A program made the translations under genes and the position numbers. This document shows positions 40,055 to 49,105 of a stretch of DNA of 64,000 nt, one piece after another. The notes below the pieces were generated by a model. The model saw only the letters and a program-made list of their open reading frames with translations, made no database searches and had not been told where the DNA came from. The stretch is from a virus: IMG/VR virus record IMGVR_UViG_3300035698_026482, positions 96,001 through 160,000 of that record; one strand, 5' to 3'. How positions within the stretch are numbered: the first letter of the stretch is position 1; every line of letters begins with the position of its first letter.

Positions 40055-40100
40055 AAAATACATTCTAGAACAGCGTGAGTAAAGGTTTATCTTACGTCAT

Positions 40101-40922
40101 TCATGAGCCAGGACAATGCGAGGTTGCCTTGAAGTCACAGTACTGACATGAAAGCCTGTTTTTCGGCGAGTGCTCTGCTTTTACTGCGCGCAGCATCTTA
40201 TCAATAGAGGAATTAACTTTCTCTTCCATCTTCGGGCCAACTGATACTTGAATTAATTGGCACTTTGAACCAGGCTTTGCAGTTCTTTTTAGCAATACAA
40301 ATCCGGCCTTCAAATCTTTCATGTCAATATCAAATTTGCGAGACCAAAATATTTTATACGCTGCAGCTTGGGCATTCGTCTTGAACTCACGCATTTTTTG
40401 TGCACGCCAGCCCCATCCTGTCGTTTTCCAGTCTAGAATACTAATAACCTGCTTACCTCTTTTGGTTTTATGCTTGATAGTCGCGTCAACAAAACCTTTC
40501 CACATATTGCCAGGATGACCTAGATGATCAAGTGATTCGTAAAGCAATGCCTCGGCACCGACCGGTTCCCAATCTAGAAACGTTGTATCCATCCACGCCG
40601 GTAATTCCTCAAGAATTTCCTTTGCCTGCATTATCCACGTATCTTTGTCGGAATATTGATTTTTATCCCAGGTTTCGGCAATCATCGTCAAGATTTTCTC
40701 GATAGGCATTTCACCTGTGTTGAGAAAATCCTCACATCCTTGGTGAACATGATTTCCGAAAAACGTATGCTCATTTCCATCGAACGGATTAAGTTTTTGG
40801 ACGTATGAAAGATGATGCTTCCACGGACAATCAAGCCATGTCGCAAGCTCAGAAAAGGAAATATGCGGCTTGCCAGTTGGAAGTAAAGACAAGTGAACCT
40901 TGTCATCTTTCATATCGCTCAT
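40101..40922 (-). CDS. PD-(D/E)XK nuclease, Cas4/AddB-like with a predicted Fe-S cysteine staple
   Basis: ISFSELATWLDCP...KGFVD...ILDWKT...CQYCDFKATSHC (C...CxxC-x6-C). Confidence 0.8.
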   Translation of the reverse strand: MSDMKDDKVHLSLLPTGKPHISFSELATWLDCPWKHHLSYVQKLNPFDGNEHTFFGNHVHQGCEDFLNTGEMPIEKILTMIAETWDKNQYSDKDTWIMQAKEILEELPAWMDTTFLDWEPVGAEALLYESLDHLGHPGNMWKGFVDATIKHKTKRGKQVISILDWKTTGWGWRAQKMREFKTNAQAAAYKIFWSRKFDIDMKDLKAGFVLLKRTAKPGSKCQLIQVSVGPKMEEKVNSSIDKMLRAVKAEHSPKNRLSCQYCDFKATSHCPGS

Positions 40923-40955
40923 GAGTATATTCTACTATGTTGATAATCAGTTTGA

Positions 40956-41768
40956 TTAAGTTACTGGGCTAGCAAAACAGCGTTCAGATTGCCCAATTAT
41001 ATTTTCATAAGCCGTATGACGTACAGACCATCCAGCTTCCTTAAGCATTAAATTTAAATCGCCGCTATGAAAACCGAAAAGATGACCTGCCTGTAATGAT
41101 GGGGCATCATTTTCAATTGGGACTTCAATATGAAGATAAGAGAGTGGTGATACTACTTCACGCAATTTGCATAGCGCGCCATACGGATCAGAAATGTGCT
41201 CAAAAACATGATAGGCAACAATGATTGATGCGTCATGTATATCAGGAAATTTTTCATCATGCATTAGATCAATCATTCCTGTGTTAAATCCCAAGGCACG
41301 CCCAAGGGCGACATTTGAGGGCACAACGTCATATCCGATCGCGTTCTTTACAAGCCCTGACGCTTCATAATGTTGCAATAGCTTCGGAAACCTAAATCCA
41401 ATCTCCACAAAATTTTCGCTAGACGAAAAAATCGGCAGCTCATCATCGCGTCTCAATATTTCATCAAACTTCAGCAGCTCATCATAGCGTATTTTATCAA
41501 ATCTCTCAAGCGGCTGCATTAATTTGGTTTGGGCATCGCTAATTTGTGACTCTACCGGGGCCCCAGTGAATGTATTGCCTCGTGACGCTTGCAGCATAAC
41601 TCTAAATTTATCAGTTGGCGCTTCATAATATACTCTTTCACCAACCGGGGCGTAATGCATAAAATGTTTTTGATATGCGCTTGCATCTCGATACTCTGAC
41701 CAAGATGTTAAGTTAACTTCAGGAATTAATTTCGCAAGATCTTGTTTAAAGTTGTCGTTTTCTGACAT
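40956..41768 (-). CDS. Class I SAM-dependent methyltransferase-like protein
   Basis: VEIG...GYDV...YHVFEHISDP...LHIEVP Rossmann methyltransferase pattern; glycine loop is degenerate. Confidence 0.6.
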   Translation of the reverse strand: MSENDNFKQDLAKLIPEVNLTSWSEYRDASAYQKHFMHYAPVGERVYYEAPTDKFRVMLQASRGNTFTGAPVESQISDAQTKLMQPLERFDKIRYDELLKFDEILRRDDELPIFSSSENFVEIGFRFPKLLQHYEASGLVKNAIGYDVVPSNVALGRALGFNTGMIDLMHDEKFPDIHDASIIVAYHVFEHISDPYGALCKLREVVSPLSYLHIEVPIENDAPSLQAGHLFGFHSGDLNLMLKEAGWSVRHTAYENIIGQSERCFASPVT

Positions 41769-41783
41769 GTTGATTTTCCTAAT

Positions 41784-42077
41784 TCACGCAAAAAAGCGTG
41801 TATCGCTGATCGCTTTATCGTCTACGAAAATGTCATAAAAAGGTTTTCCCATCATTAACTCATGATGTTTAACGTCCCAATCATTCATTTGTTTTGCAGT
41901 TAATTCAGACCAGTCGATACCTGTTGTTTTGCCCCTTGAGGTATAAAGCTTGATAATGTGACCGTCATCATATAGCTTATTTACGACGACGATGCGTTCT
42001 ACATACGGTAGTGCGTCGTCATATTTGCCATCCGTATTATTACAAAGAGTGCCGTCGATATCGAACATATAAACCAT
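41784..42077 (-). CDS. Short HAD-family phosphatase (capsule-biosynthesis phosphatase type)
   Basis: YMFDIDGTLC, YTSRG, MGKP..DIFVDDKA: HAD motifs I-IV. Confidence 0.85.
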   Translation of the reverse strand: MVYMFDIDGTLCNNTDGKYDDALPYVERIVVVNKLYDDGHIIKLYTSRGKTTGIDWSELTAKQMNDWDVKHHELMMGKPFYDIFVDDKAISDTRFFA

Positions 42078-42430
42078 TAATCGCCCTTGATAAGCCTAAT
42101 GCTATCTTCGTCAAAGTGTTCTGTTGAAAATTCAAACAGCTCAGAGTCTTCATGCGCAATCATTTGATGGACAGTTTCCGGTGGGAGCTCGTACATGTCG
42201 CCTGGATTAAGCTCAATTGATTGAATGTTTGTCGACGTCTCAGTGAGCTCGTCGAGTGGGATTACTCGTAGCGTCATTTTGCCTGACTGTAGATAAAAGG
42301 TTTCATGTTTTACCCTGTGATAGTGAAAGCTGCACCTCTTGTCCTTATTGAAGTAAAGAAGCTTTCCACAATACATTTTATCATTGTGGATCCACAGTTC
42401 GTGACCCCACCCTTTTTGTACAAACTTCAT
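42077..42430 (-). CDS. Cupin sugar isomerase (mannose-6-phosphate/lyxose isomerase-like)
   Basis: KGWGHE...SFHYHRVKHETFY...HQM cupin metal-binding motif. Confidence 0.75.
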   Translation of the reverse strand: MKFVQKGWGHELWIHNDKMYCGKLLYFNKDKRCSFHYHRVKHETFYLQSGKMTLRVIPLDELTETSTNIQSIELNPGDMYELPPETVHQMIAHEDSELFEFSTEHFDEDSIRLIKGD

Positions 42431-42431
42431 C

Positions 42432-43307
42432 TTATTTCACACTTCTTAGCTTATCGATAATCGGCAATTCGCTATCGTAAACACGCTTAACACCATCGCC
42501 AAGCATACGCTCTGCGATTTCAACATGCTCAACAATTTTTCTAATTCCATCAGGTTCAATAGAGGCAGCCTGATCAGATCCGTACATTGTACGATCCAGT
42601 GTGATATGAAATTCAATAACTTCGGCGCCTAATCCAACAACAATGGGTGCCCACACGAGTCCACTATAATGATTTGAAAAACCAATACTCGGCATGTTTG
42701 TAGGAAACGATTTCTGTACCAGTGTACGAAGATGAGCCAGGCCAGTTAGATTCATCTCTTCAGGCAATGTGGGATAAGTGCTGGTACAATGCATTACGCA
42801 TCCAACCTGACCTCCTACGGATTTAATATGCTCTAGCGCATCAGTGATTTGAGCTGGGGTACTCATACCTGTCGATAAAATCATAGGCTTACCAGTCTTG
42901 GCGAGCTTTGTCAAAAACGACTTATCTGTAAGCATTGCGCTGGCAACCTTATGCACAGGTGTATTGAATTGCTCAATAAAATCGATACTTCGCTCATCCC
43001 AACATGATACAAACCATTCGATGTTTTTTGATTTGCAATAGGCGTCAATTGCAAGAAACTCATCTGTACCGAACTCTAATCCATACTTTTGTTCACGATT
43101 AGTTGTTCCCCAAGGGCTTTCTCTAGGACGATCCAGCTCTTCTTTTGTATAAACTGATTCAATATCTCGCTTTTGAAATTTGACTGCGTTGCAGCCTGCG
43201 TCAGCAGCAGCGTCGATCAGTTTTTTAGCAATATTGAAATCGCCTGAAGCGTTGATGCCAATCTCCGCAATAATGTAAGTGTTTCGCATACGCTTAAGTG
43301 ATGTCAT
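42432..43307 (-). CDS. neuB: Nonulosonic-acid synthase, NeuB/SpsE family, short form lacking the C-terminal SAF domain
   Basis: YIIAEIGIN, AVKFQKR, KVASA, ILSTGMS, MHCTSTYP, SNH, HITLDR..YGSDQAASIEP; protein ends ~30 aa after this motif. Confidence 0.9.
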   Translation of the reverse strand: MTSLKRMRNTYIIAEIGINASGDFNIAKKLIDAAADAGCNAVKFQKRDIESVYTKEELDRPRESPWGTTNREQKYGLEFGTDEFLAIDAYCKSKNIEWFVSCWDERSIDFIEQFNTPVHKVASAMLTDKSFLTKLAKTGKPMILSTGMSTPAQITDALEHIKSVGGQVGCVMHCTSTYPTLPEEMNLTGLAHLRTLVQKSFPTNMPSIGFSNHYSGLVWAPIVVGLGAEVIEFHITLDRTMYGSDQAASIEPDGIRKIVEHVEIAERMLGDGVKRVYDSELPIIDKLRSVK

Positions 43308-43333
43308 TTTGAATTCTCTTTTTGATGAGCGTG

Positions 43334-43522
43334 CTAAATTTTGCGACTAACAAACCAAATTTGGGGGCAGCGCTCAATGATGCTCGGTATCTCATTATAC
43401 GGCGCAGATGCATACTTGGATGGAAATTGTGTTGTAAATCCCAGGTTTCCATTATTGTGCCGCCAAGGTAGAGATGCTCCATCCCAGTCATATCTGTATA
43501 AATCGCCTTGTTGATGTAGCAT
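43334..43522 (-). CDS. Small hypothetical protein
   Basis: ATG at 43522 overlaps the SDR stop (TGATG), suggesting translational coupling. Confidence 0.4.
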   Translation of the reverse strand: MLHQQGDLYRYDWDGASLPWRHNNGNLGFTTQFPSKYASAPYNEIPSIIERCPQIWFVSRKI

Positions 43523-44289
43523 CACCATGACGTCCAGCCGGCATCGACAGCTATATCCTGACCTGTGATATAAGACCCCAAACTTGTTGCCAATAGCATA
43601 ATTACACCTTTTATCTCTTCGGGTTGGCCGACACGACCTAGCATCGTTCGATTATTCAACTCTTTCTCAAACCAACCTTTTCCGTCAAGTGACCCAGGTC
43701 GAGAAAACGGTCCAGGACTAATTGAATTACAGCGTATGTTTTTATGTCCCAAATGCGCGGCAAGCCACTTTGACGCCTGTATCAAAGCGGCCTTGCTTGC
43801 GCCATATTCAAGCGCGTTGCCACCAGAACCCTTATACATTTTTGGATCTGGTGACACTTTTCCATACATCGACGCTACATTAATAATGCTGCCGCCGATC
43901 GACATATGCTGCGCTGCGATCTCCTTCGTCAGGTATAATTGGCCGACGACGTTGTTACTGAATGATGTATCTATATCATCCCATGATGCTTTCATGAAAT
44001 CATGCTGTTTTGGCCAGGCGCACATATTGTTGATTAAAACGTCAACATGCCCAAGGTGTAATACTAGCTCATCAATGGATTCGTGATCAGTAATGTCGGC
44101 CTCGATTGTTGAAATATGACCAGCCATTTCTGTACCAGCGAATAATTCAGATTGTCCACGAGAAACAACAGTAACGCTAGCACCGAGTTCGACGAGCGCA
44201 TCCGTCATAGCATGTCCAAGCCACCCCTGTCCGCCCGTAACAACAGCGTGTTTACCATCCAGATTCATCATTTCAGAAATTGATTTCAT
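43522..44289 (-). CDS. Short-chain dehydrogenase/reductase
   Basis: VTGGQGWLG, LINN, YGASK catalytic motif, NSISPGP, DAGWT. Confidence 0.9.
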   Translation of the reverse strand: MKSISEMMNLDGKHAVVTGGQGWLGHAMTDALVELGASVTVVSRGQSELFAGTEMAGHISTIEADITDHESIDELVLHLGHVDVLINNMCAWPKQHDFMKASWDDIDTSFSNNVVGQLYLTKEIAAQHMSIGGSIINVASMYGKVSPDPKMYKGSGGNALEYGASKAALIQASKWLAAHLGHKNIRCNSISPGPFSRPGSLDGKGWFEKELNNRTMLGRVGQPEEIKGVIMLLATSLGSYITGQDIAVDAGWTSW

Positions 44290-45103
44290 TGAGAATGCCT
44301 TCTACTATTCTTTTGTTTTGTTTAAAAACGTTAATGTCAGTTACGCCGCGTATGCGAGCAGTTTGAAAGGTCACACGATCAACACCAGACGTTTTTATCA
44401 CACGGGATATTACCCCAAGGTCTAAATCTCCCGTGCCAAGAGGGACGCTTGTGCCGCCTCTGAGAGCATCCTTTATATGCACATTGGTAACGCGTTCACC
44501 ATACTCAGATATATGCGCATCGATATCATGACCAAGTCTGGTCAAGTTTCCTGTATCTAAAGTAGCTGATGCTTTACAGAATTTATCCATATTATTGAGG
44601 GTTTCTGCAACCTCTTTTGGCCGTAAATCTGTTTCGATAGAAAATTCTACGTTAGCATGATCAGTGTACTTAAGAATCGTTTCCAACCCGTTTAATACTT
44701 CATCTCGCTTAAAGGGAAGTCGAATCGATGCTTCCTCCAAGAATGGAAGTATGATACGGTTAATGCCAAGAAATTGACACTTGCGTATAAGCTCTTCAAT
44801 AATATTTCTATGATCTTCAATGTGAAAGCCGCCTTGATGTCCTAGAAAAGTATCCATGCACACACCAGATATTTCAACATTAAATTGTTGACGTAGGTAC
44901 GCAACATCATGAAGCCCAAATTTCATAAGTGGGTTACAATCGCCATACATCAGATCACTTTTATTCGTAAGAATCCATTCAATATGGGTACATTGAACTT
45001 GTGATGCTAAATCAAATTCATTAAGATAATCCTTTTCAGGAAAACGCTGAATGAATTCACCAACCTGCGGGACTAGACGTCCCTGTACTATTCCATAGTT
45101 CAT
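44273..45103 (-). CDS. Sugar-phosphate isomerase/epimerase (xylose-isomerase-like TIM barrel)
   Basis: GIVQGRL, SIETD, LDTGN, NVHIKD and VPLGTGDLD motifs. Confidence 0.8.
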   Translation of the reverse strand: MNYGIVQGRLVPQVGEFIQRFPEKDYLNEFDLASQVQCTHIEWILTNKSDLMYGDCNPLMKFGLHDVAYLRQQFNVEISGVCMDTFLGHQGGFHIEDHRNIIEELIRKCQFLGINRIILPFLEEASIRLPFKRDEVLNGLETILKYTDHANVEFSIETDLRPKEVAETLNNMDKFCKASATLDTGNLTRLGHDIDAHISEYGERVTNVHIKDALRGGTSVPLGTGDLDLGVISRVIKTSGVDRVTFQTARIRGVTDINVFKQNKRIVEGILNEINF

Positions 45104-45702
45104 CGCTTTCGAGCAATCGCAGTCGCATATCCCAAGCGACCGGCTTGTCCGGGGTGGGGTTTTGCAATAATGTCAACTTGGCCAAATCCACGAGCTTGTA
45201 ATAGCTCAACAAATTCGCCTAGTTGAAATTCGCATAAGTGTTGTTTTGTAATTGGGCTTGGTCCCGTAGTCTTGCAATATGGCGTTGTTACGATGAACAA
45301 TCCGTTGTACTTCAAATGTGTGCGCATATTTTCGAGATATGGGTAAATGCCGTCATCGGATAATGGCATATGCTCAATCGTCTCAACGCTTACAATTTTG
45401 TCCTTGAGGTCTCCTCCCCACTTCTTTGATAAATCCTGTTGACGAAAAAGGATTCTATCATTTGCGTAATTTGCATTTGCATATTCTAATGCGTCTAATG
45501 ACATGTCCAATCCTACAACTGATTTGCAGTGTTCAACTAAAATATTTGATCCATATCCAACGCCACATGCCGCGTCAAGAATATCATCGCCTGGCTCAAG
45601 ATATTTTGAGGCAGTGACATATCGCATTACATGGCGTAAATGTGTTGGAGTGATAAACTCGGTGCCAGTTTCTGTCTCATGTGATTTCATTGAAGCGTCC
45701 AT
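45100..45702 (-). CDS. Class I SAM-dependent methyltransferase
   Basis: HVMRY...ILDAACGVGYG...VGLD...SVETIEH. Confidence 0.88.
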   Translation of the reverse strand: MDASMKSHETETGTEFITPTHLRHVMRYVTASKYLEPGDDILDAACGVGYGSNILVEHCKSVVGLDMSLDALEYANANYANDRILFRQQDLSKKWGGDLKDKIVSVETIEHMPLSDDGIYPYLENMRTHLKYNGLFIVTTPYCKTTGPSPITKQHLCEFQLGEFVELLQARGFGQVDIIAKPHPGQAGRLGYATAIARKR

Positions 45703-46433
45703 CCTCCGTCGACGACAATGTTGGCGCCAACCATATACCTGTTACGTTCATTAAGAAGCATCTCCAGGGGTGGCATAAGATCTTCCGTATTACACATACG
45801 CCCGGCTGGCGCGTGATTACTATAGATTTTATGAAATGCCTCTGACTGATCGGCCTTAACACCACCGGGGGAAATGCAGTTAACACGCATATCGGGATCA
45901 AGGTGGATCAGGTGTGTTGCCAAAATACGAGACATATGAATAACAGCGGCCTTGGACGTTGAATAGCCACAATTTTTGTGGTTACCATCATACATGTCAG
46001 TGCGGGCGGTTACGATGCCTGTGGATGCGCCGAAGTTGATAATGTTGCCGCCTTGACCTAAGCGTGATCTGGCGTATTCCTTGCAAACCATGAACATTGC
46101 GGACACATTTACATCCATACACGATTTAAAGTCTTCATAGGACTGATCCAAAATGCTACCACGCTTTTCTCCTGACTTAACATGATCATTCCATGCAAAG
46201 CAGTTGATGATAGCTTCAAAGTCATTGTCTGCAAATATTTTTTTGACCGTCGATTCATCAGTCAAATCATGTCCACGAGACAAATCAAAACGACTAATAG
46301 CGAAGTAGGGACAATCCCAAGAATATCCATCTAGCTCCAGGCCATTGAAGTGTCTATAAATTGCCTTACCGATAAGGCCTTCGCTGCCTAGCAGTGCTAT
46401 TTTACGTTCATTACTCAATGGTTTCTCTTCCAA
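45687..46433 (-). CDS. Short-chain dehydrogenase/reductase
   Basis: LLGSEGLIG, IINCFA, YSTSKAA, NCISPGG, VVDGGW. Confidence 0.85.
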   Translation of the reverse strand: MEEKPLSNERKIALLGSEGLIGKAIYRHFNGLELDGYSWDCPYFAISRFDLSRGHDLTDESTVKKIFADNDFEAIINCFAWNDHVKSGEKRGSILDQSYEDFKSCMDVNVSAMFMVCKEYARSRLGQGGNIINFGASTGIVTARTDMYDGNHKNCGYSTSKAAVIHMSRILATHLIHLDPDMRVNCISPGGVKADQSEAFHKIYSNHAPAGRMCNTEDLMPPLEMLLNERNRYMVGANIVVDGGWTLQ

Positions 46434-47440
46434 TCTCTGATCTGGCTAATGAAGTCGAACTCTTCAAATCGATCACAGTATTCACGAGTAATATGCGTAT
46501 TCCATCGCTTAACAATTTCGCCAGTTGTCCAGCCGAGACCTTGTTTATTTAGTTTGCCTGATCCGAATTCTTGGCCGTTTAGCTTATTACATGGCAAAAG
46601 ATTATTGAACGTGCCAGTAAACATAGCCTCATCCATTTCAAGAATATCGTATGGATCTAAGTTCTTTTCGATAACCTCAATCTCGTCCCACCCTTCAATA
46701 TCTTCGTTTGCAGGACAAAGCTCATCGATGATGAACTGCATGCTGCATCCGCGAAGCATGTTGCGACGTGCGGGCACGATGAGATTAAAATCCTTCACCA
46801 TGAGGCAATCGGCGCCAGCGCTTCCACATACGAATCCCTGATCATCAAGCATCAATGGAATAGCCTTGGGGCCATGTGACTTCATCTCGAGATTGGCCAG
46901 CATGTAGTGCATACGGCTTCTATTCTTGACCTTTGCTTCAAGATACTGAGATGGGATTTGGCGTTGCGTGGTAATGCGTGCGTCTGCTGGTTCATCGTAG
47001 AAATGGGCCAATGTCTTGGTGGTCTTACTAAGTGGCCAAATGTTGATAATCCATGTGGGCTGATTCCAATTGTCGCCGTCCTCAAGCTCGAACACCTCTT
47101 TATAGATGCCAAGAGGTCCACGTGACACGTTAATCATAAAGCGGTATTCTTCCCATGATGGTAACGGATTACGCTTGATGGCTTCATCACATAAACCCCT
47201 GACTTCTTGTTTAGTCTTAGTGATTGGAATTTGCATGTACTTCATGCTTGTCCACAATCGATCGATGTGCTCGTCAAGAAGGAAGTGCTTATGATTGAAC
47301 GTGCGATGCATCTCGAATACAGCGTCGCCAAACATCACGTGACTATCATAAATGTGGATGCTTGCCTGCGCCTCGGGCAACCATTTTCCATTTTTATATG
47401 TGTATCGATCGCTCATTGCTTTTCCTGACCTCTTTTCCAT
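46415..47440 (-). CDS. PLP fold-type IV enzyme (branched-chain/D-amino-acid aminotransferase or ADC-lyase family)
   Basis: MFGDAVFE, HIDRL, KVKNRSR (PLP lysine), EAMFTGT motifs. Confidence 0.8.
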   Translation of the reverse strand: MEKRSGKAMSDRYTYKNGKWLPEAQASIHIYDSHVMFGDAVFEMHRTFNHKHFLLDEHIDRLWTSMKYMQIPITKTKQEVRGLCDEAIKRNPLPSWEEYRFMINVSRGPLGIYKEVFELEDGDNWNQPTWIINIWPLSKTTKTLAHFYDEPADARITTQRQIPSQYLEAKVKNRSRMHYMLANLEMKSHGPKAIPLMLDDQGFVCGSAGADCLMVKDFNLIVPARRNMLRGCSMQFIIDELCPANEDIEGWDEIEVIEKNLDPYDILEMDEAMFTGTFNNLLPCNKLNGQEFGSGKLNKQGLGWTTGEIVKRWNTHITREYCDRFEEFDFISQIRDWKRNH

Positions 47441-48132
47441 TCCTCATTACGAAAGTCATTGATTTTTCTTAGGCCTGGCGCGCGTTCAAAAAAATTTACT
47501 ACATCGTCGCGGGCACAATCAAATTTTAAATTCTTCGCTACCGTTCTTAGTAGCCAATAATCCTCTTCATAATCTAATGTTAATCTTAGCAGATGTTCAG
47601 ATGCACGTAGACGGGGGGCAATAAATTGCGACGTAATAATTGACGAATCAAAAAAATGCCATATCATTTCTGTGTTCGAAGATTGTTTCGTTTTGCATGA
47701 TTTATCAATTGCAGAGCGGCGTAGCGCCCACCCATGTGAACCAAGATATGCGTTCATATCAGGCTTGACTACCTCGACGTCGCGTAAGGAGAAATATGCA
47801 AGCTTGCTTAACTCGTTATCGAAAAATGGATCATCACAATCAACAGTGACAAATTTATCGATATTAAATTCGTTACATGTGTCGCGCCATCGTAATAATT
47901 TGTCTTCCACGTGTCCTGCATGACACATAATGTCATGCTTTTTTGCTATTTGTCTAATTGCGGCATCAGCGTCAAGATGCGTTGTTGAAATAACTGGCGT
48001 CATTCCAAATGTTTTTACCCGATTAATGACGTGTTCTAGAACAGTTTTCTCATAAAATGAAAGTAAGCACTTATTCGGTAATCTGCTTGAGCCAGTTCTA
48101 ACTGTAATCATTGCATAAATTTGTTCAGACAA
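47413..48132 (-). CDS. Cytidylyltransferase, NeuA/KdsB/SpsF-like (CMP-ulosonate synthetase)
   Basis: ITVRTGSSRLPNK, VDCDDP, RLTLDYEEDY. Confidence 0.82.
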   Translation of the reverse strand: MSEQIYAMITVRTGSSRLPNKCLLSFYEKTVLEHVINRVKTFGMTPVISTTHLDADAAIRQIAKKHDIMCHAGHVEDKLLRWRDTCNEFNIDKFVTVDCDDPFFDNELSKLAYFSLRDVEVVKPDMNAYLGSHGWALRRSAIDKSCKTKQSSNTEMIWHFFDSSIITSQFIAPRLRASEHLLRLTLDYEEDYWLLRTVAKNLKFDCARDDVVNFFERAPGLRKINDFRNEEWKRGQEKQ

Positions 48133-49105
48133 ATAAGCTCCTTACAAAATCATCAATCTCTGATGAACGTTGTTGCAGGTCTGTGATGGTTGCGTTGTCA
48201 ACAGCGTCTGCGATATTGCTCGGCGTTGGTTCTGACAAGTGCACATAATTCATTGTATCAGGATGCTTGAAGCAGGTGAAACGCCTATCGTTGTATAGCA
48301 CGTCAGCGTTGACATAGTATAATCCCATCGGAACTATATCTGTATATGCCGAGGAGCCAAATCCGACTGTTGCAACGGCCGATAATGGAATTGCTATGGG
48401 TTCAGCTGGATACCACGACTCGTCGTAAATTGTTCTGCAGTTTTTGTGTGTGACGCTTTGCCATTTTCTGCGCTGTTTAACAATAACGCTATACCCTCTA
48501 TTGATTAGCTCATCAATCGTATTATTCGCCAGGGTCGTGTGACCTTGATCTGGATATAGAACAAATACAACAGGATTTTTTTCAGTATTAGTTAACTCAG
48601 AACCAAAATTAAGCGACTCAGAAAGGGACCAAAAGGGGACAGGTACAGGCGGCACATAAACTTGTCCATATTCCCTACAAGTTTTCGCCAATGGTTCATT
48701 ACAGATATATCCATCAAAGTTTGTATTTTTTAACTTAGGTCCCAAGCCGGCGGCGCTGTCAAAACCATGTGCAATGGCGTAATGCTTCGCTCGCCAGACA
48801 TCGACATTTGAAGTTTCTACAGAAAATAATGCGTCGAATGCATTTGATAATATTATCGCTTTGTTAGAAGCAACTGATCTAATGTAGGGGCGAAGCGCAA
48901 GTATCTCATCATAACGCGTCCTATTTTTCGAAACAGCGTTATACTTTGTGCAGTTTTCATTGTGGAAAAAATGTATATCAGCATCGGGATACACGCGTTT
49001 AATAACATCTACTACAGGTATAAGGTACCGAAGGTGTGTCATTCCTGCGATGTCAAACGCAACGGCGCCCAGAGACAAAGCAGTGCTTGTATTTTGTATT
49101 TCCAT
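48125..49105 (-). CDS. Hypothetical protein, possible GT-B-fold ulosonate transferase
   Basis: Alternating beta/alpha two-domain pattern; cotranscribed immediately upstream of the CMP-synthetase. Function by context only. Confidence 0.35.
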   Translation of the reverse strand: MEIQNTSTALSLGAVAFDIAGMTHLRYLIPVVDVIKRVYPDADIHFFHNENCTKYNAVSKNRTRYDEILALRPYIRSVASNKAIILSNAFDALFSVETSNVDVWRAKHYAIAHGFDSAAGLGPKLKNTNFDGYICNEPLAKTCREYGQVYVPPVPVPFWSLSESLNFGSELTNTEKNPVVFVLYPDQGHTTLANNTIDELINRGYSVIVKQRRKWQSVTHKNCRTIYDESWYPAEPIAIPLSAVATVGFGSSAYTDIVPMGLYYVNADVLYNDRRFTCFKHPDTMNYVHLSEPTPSNIADAVDNATITDLQQRSSEIDDFVRSLFV

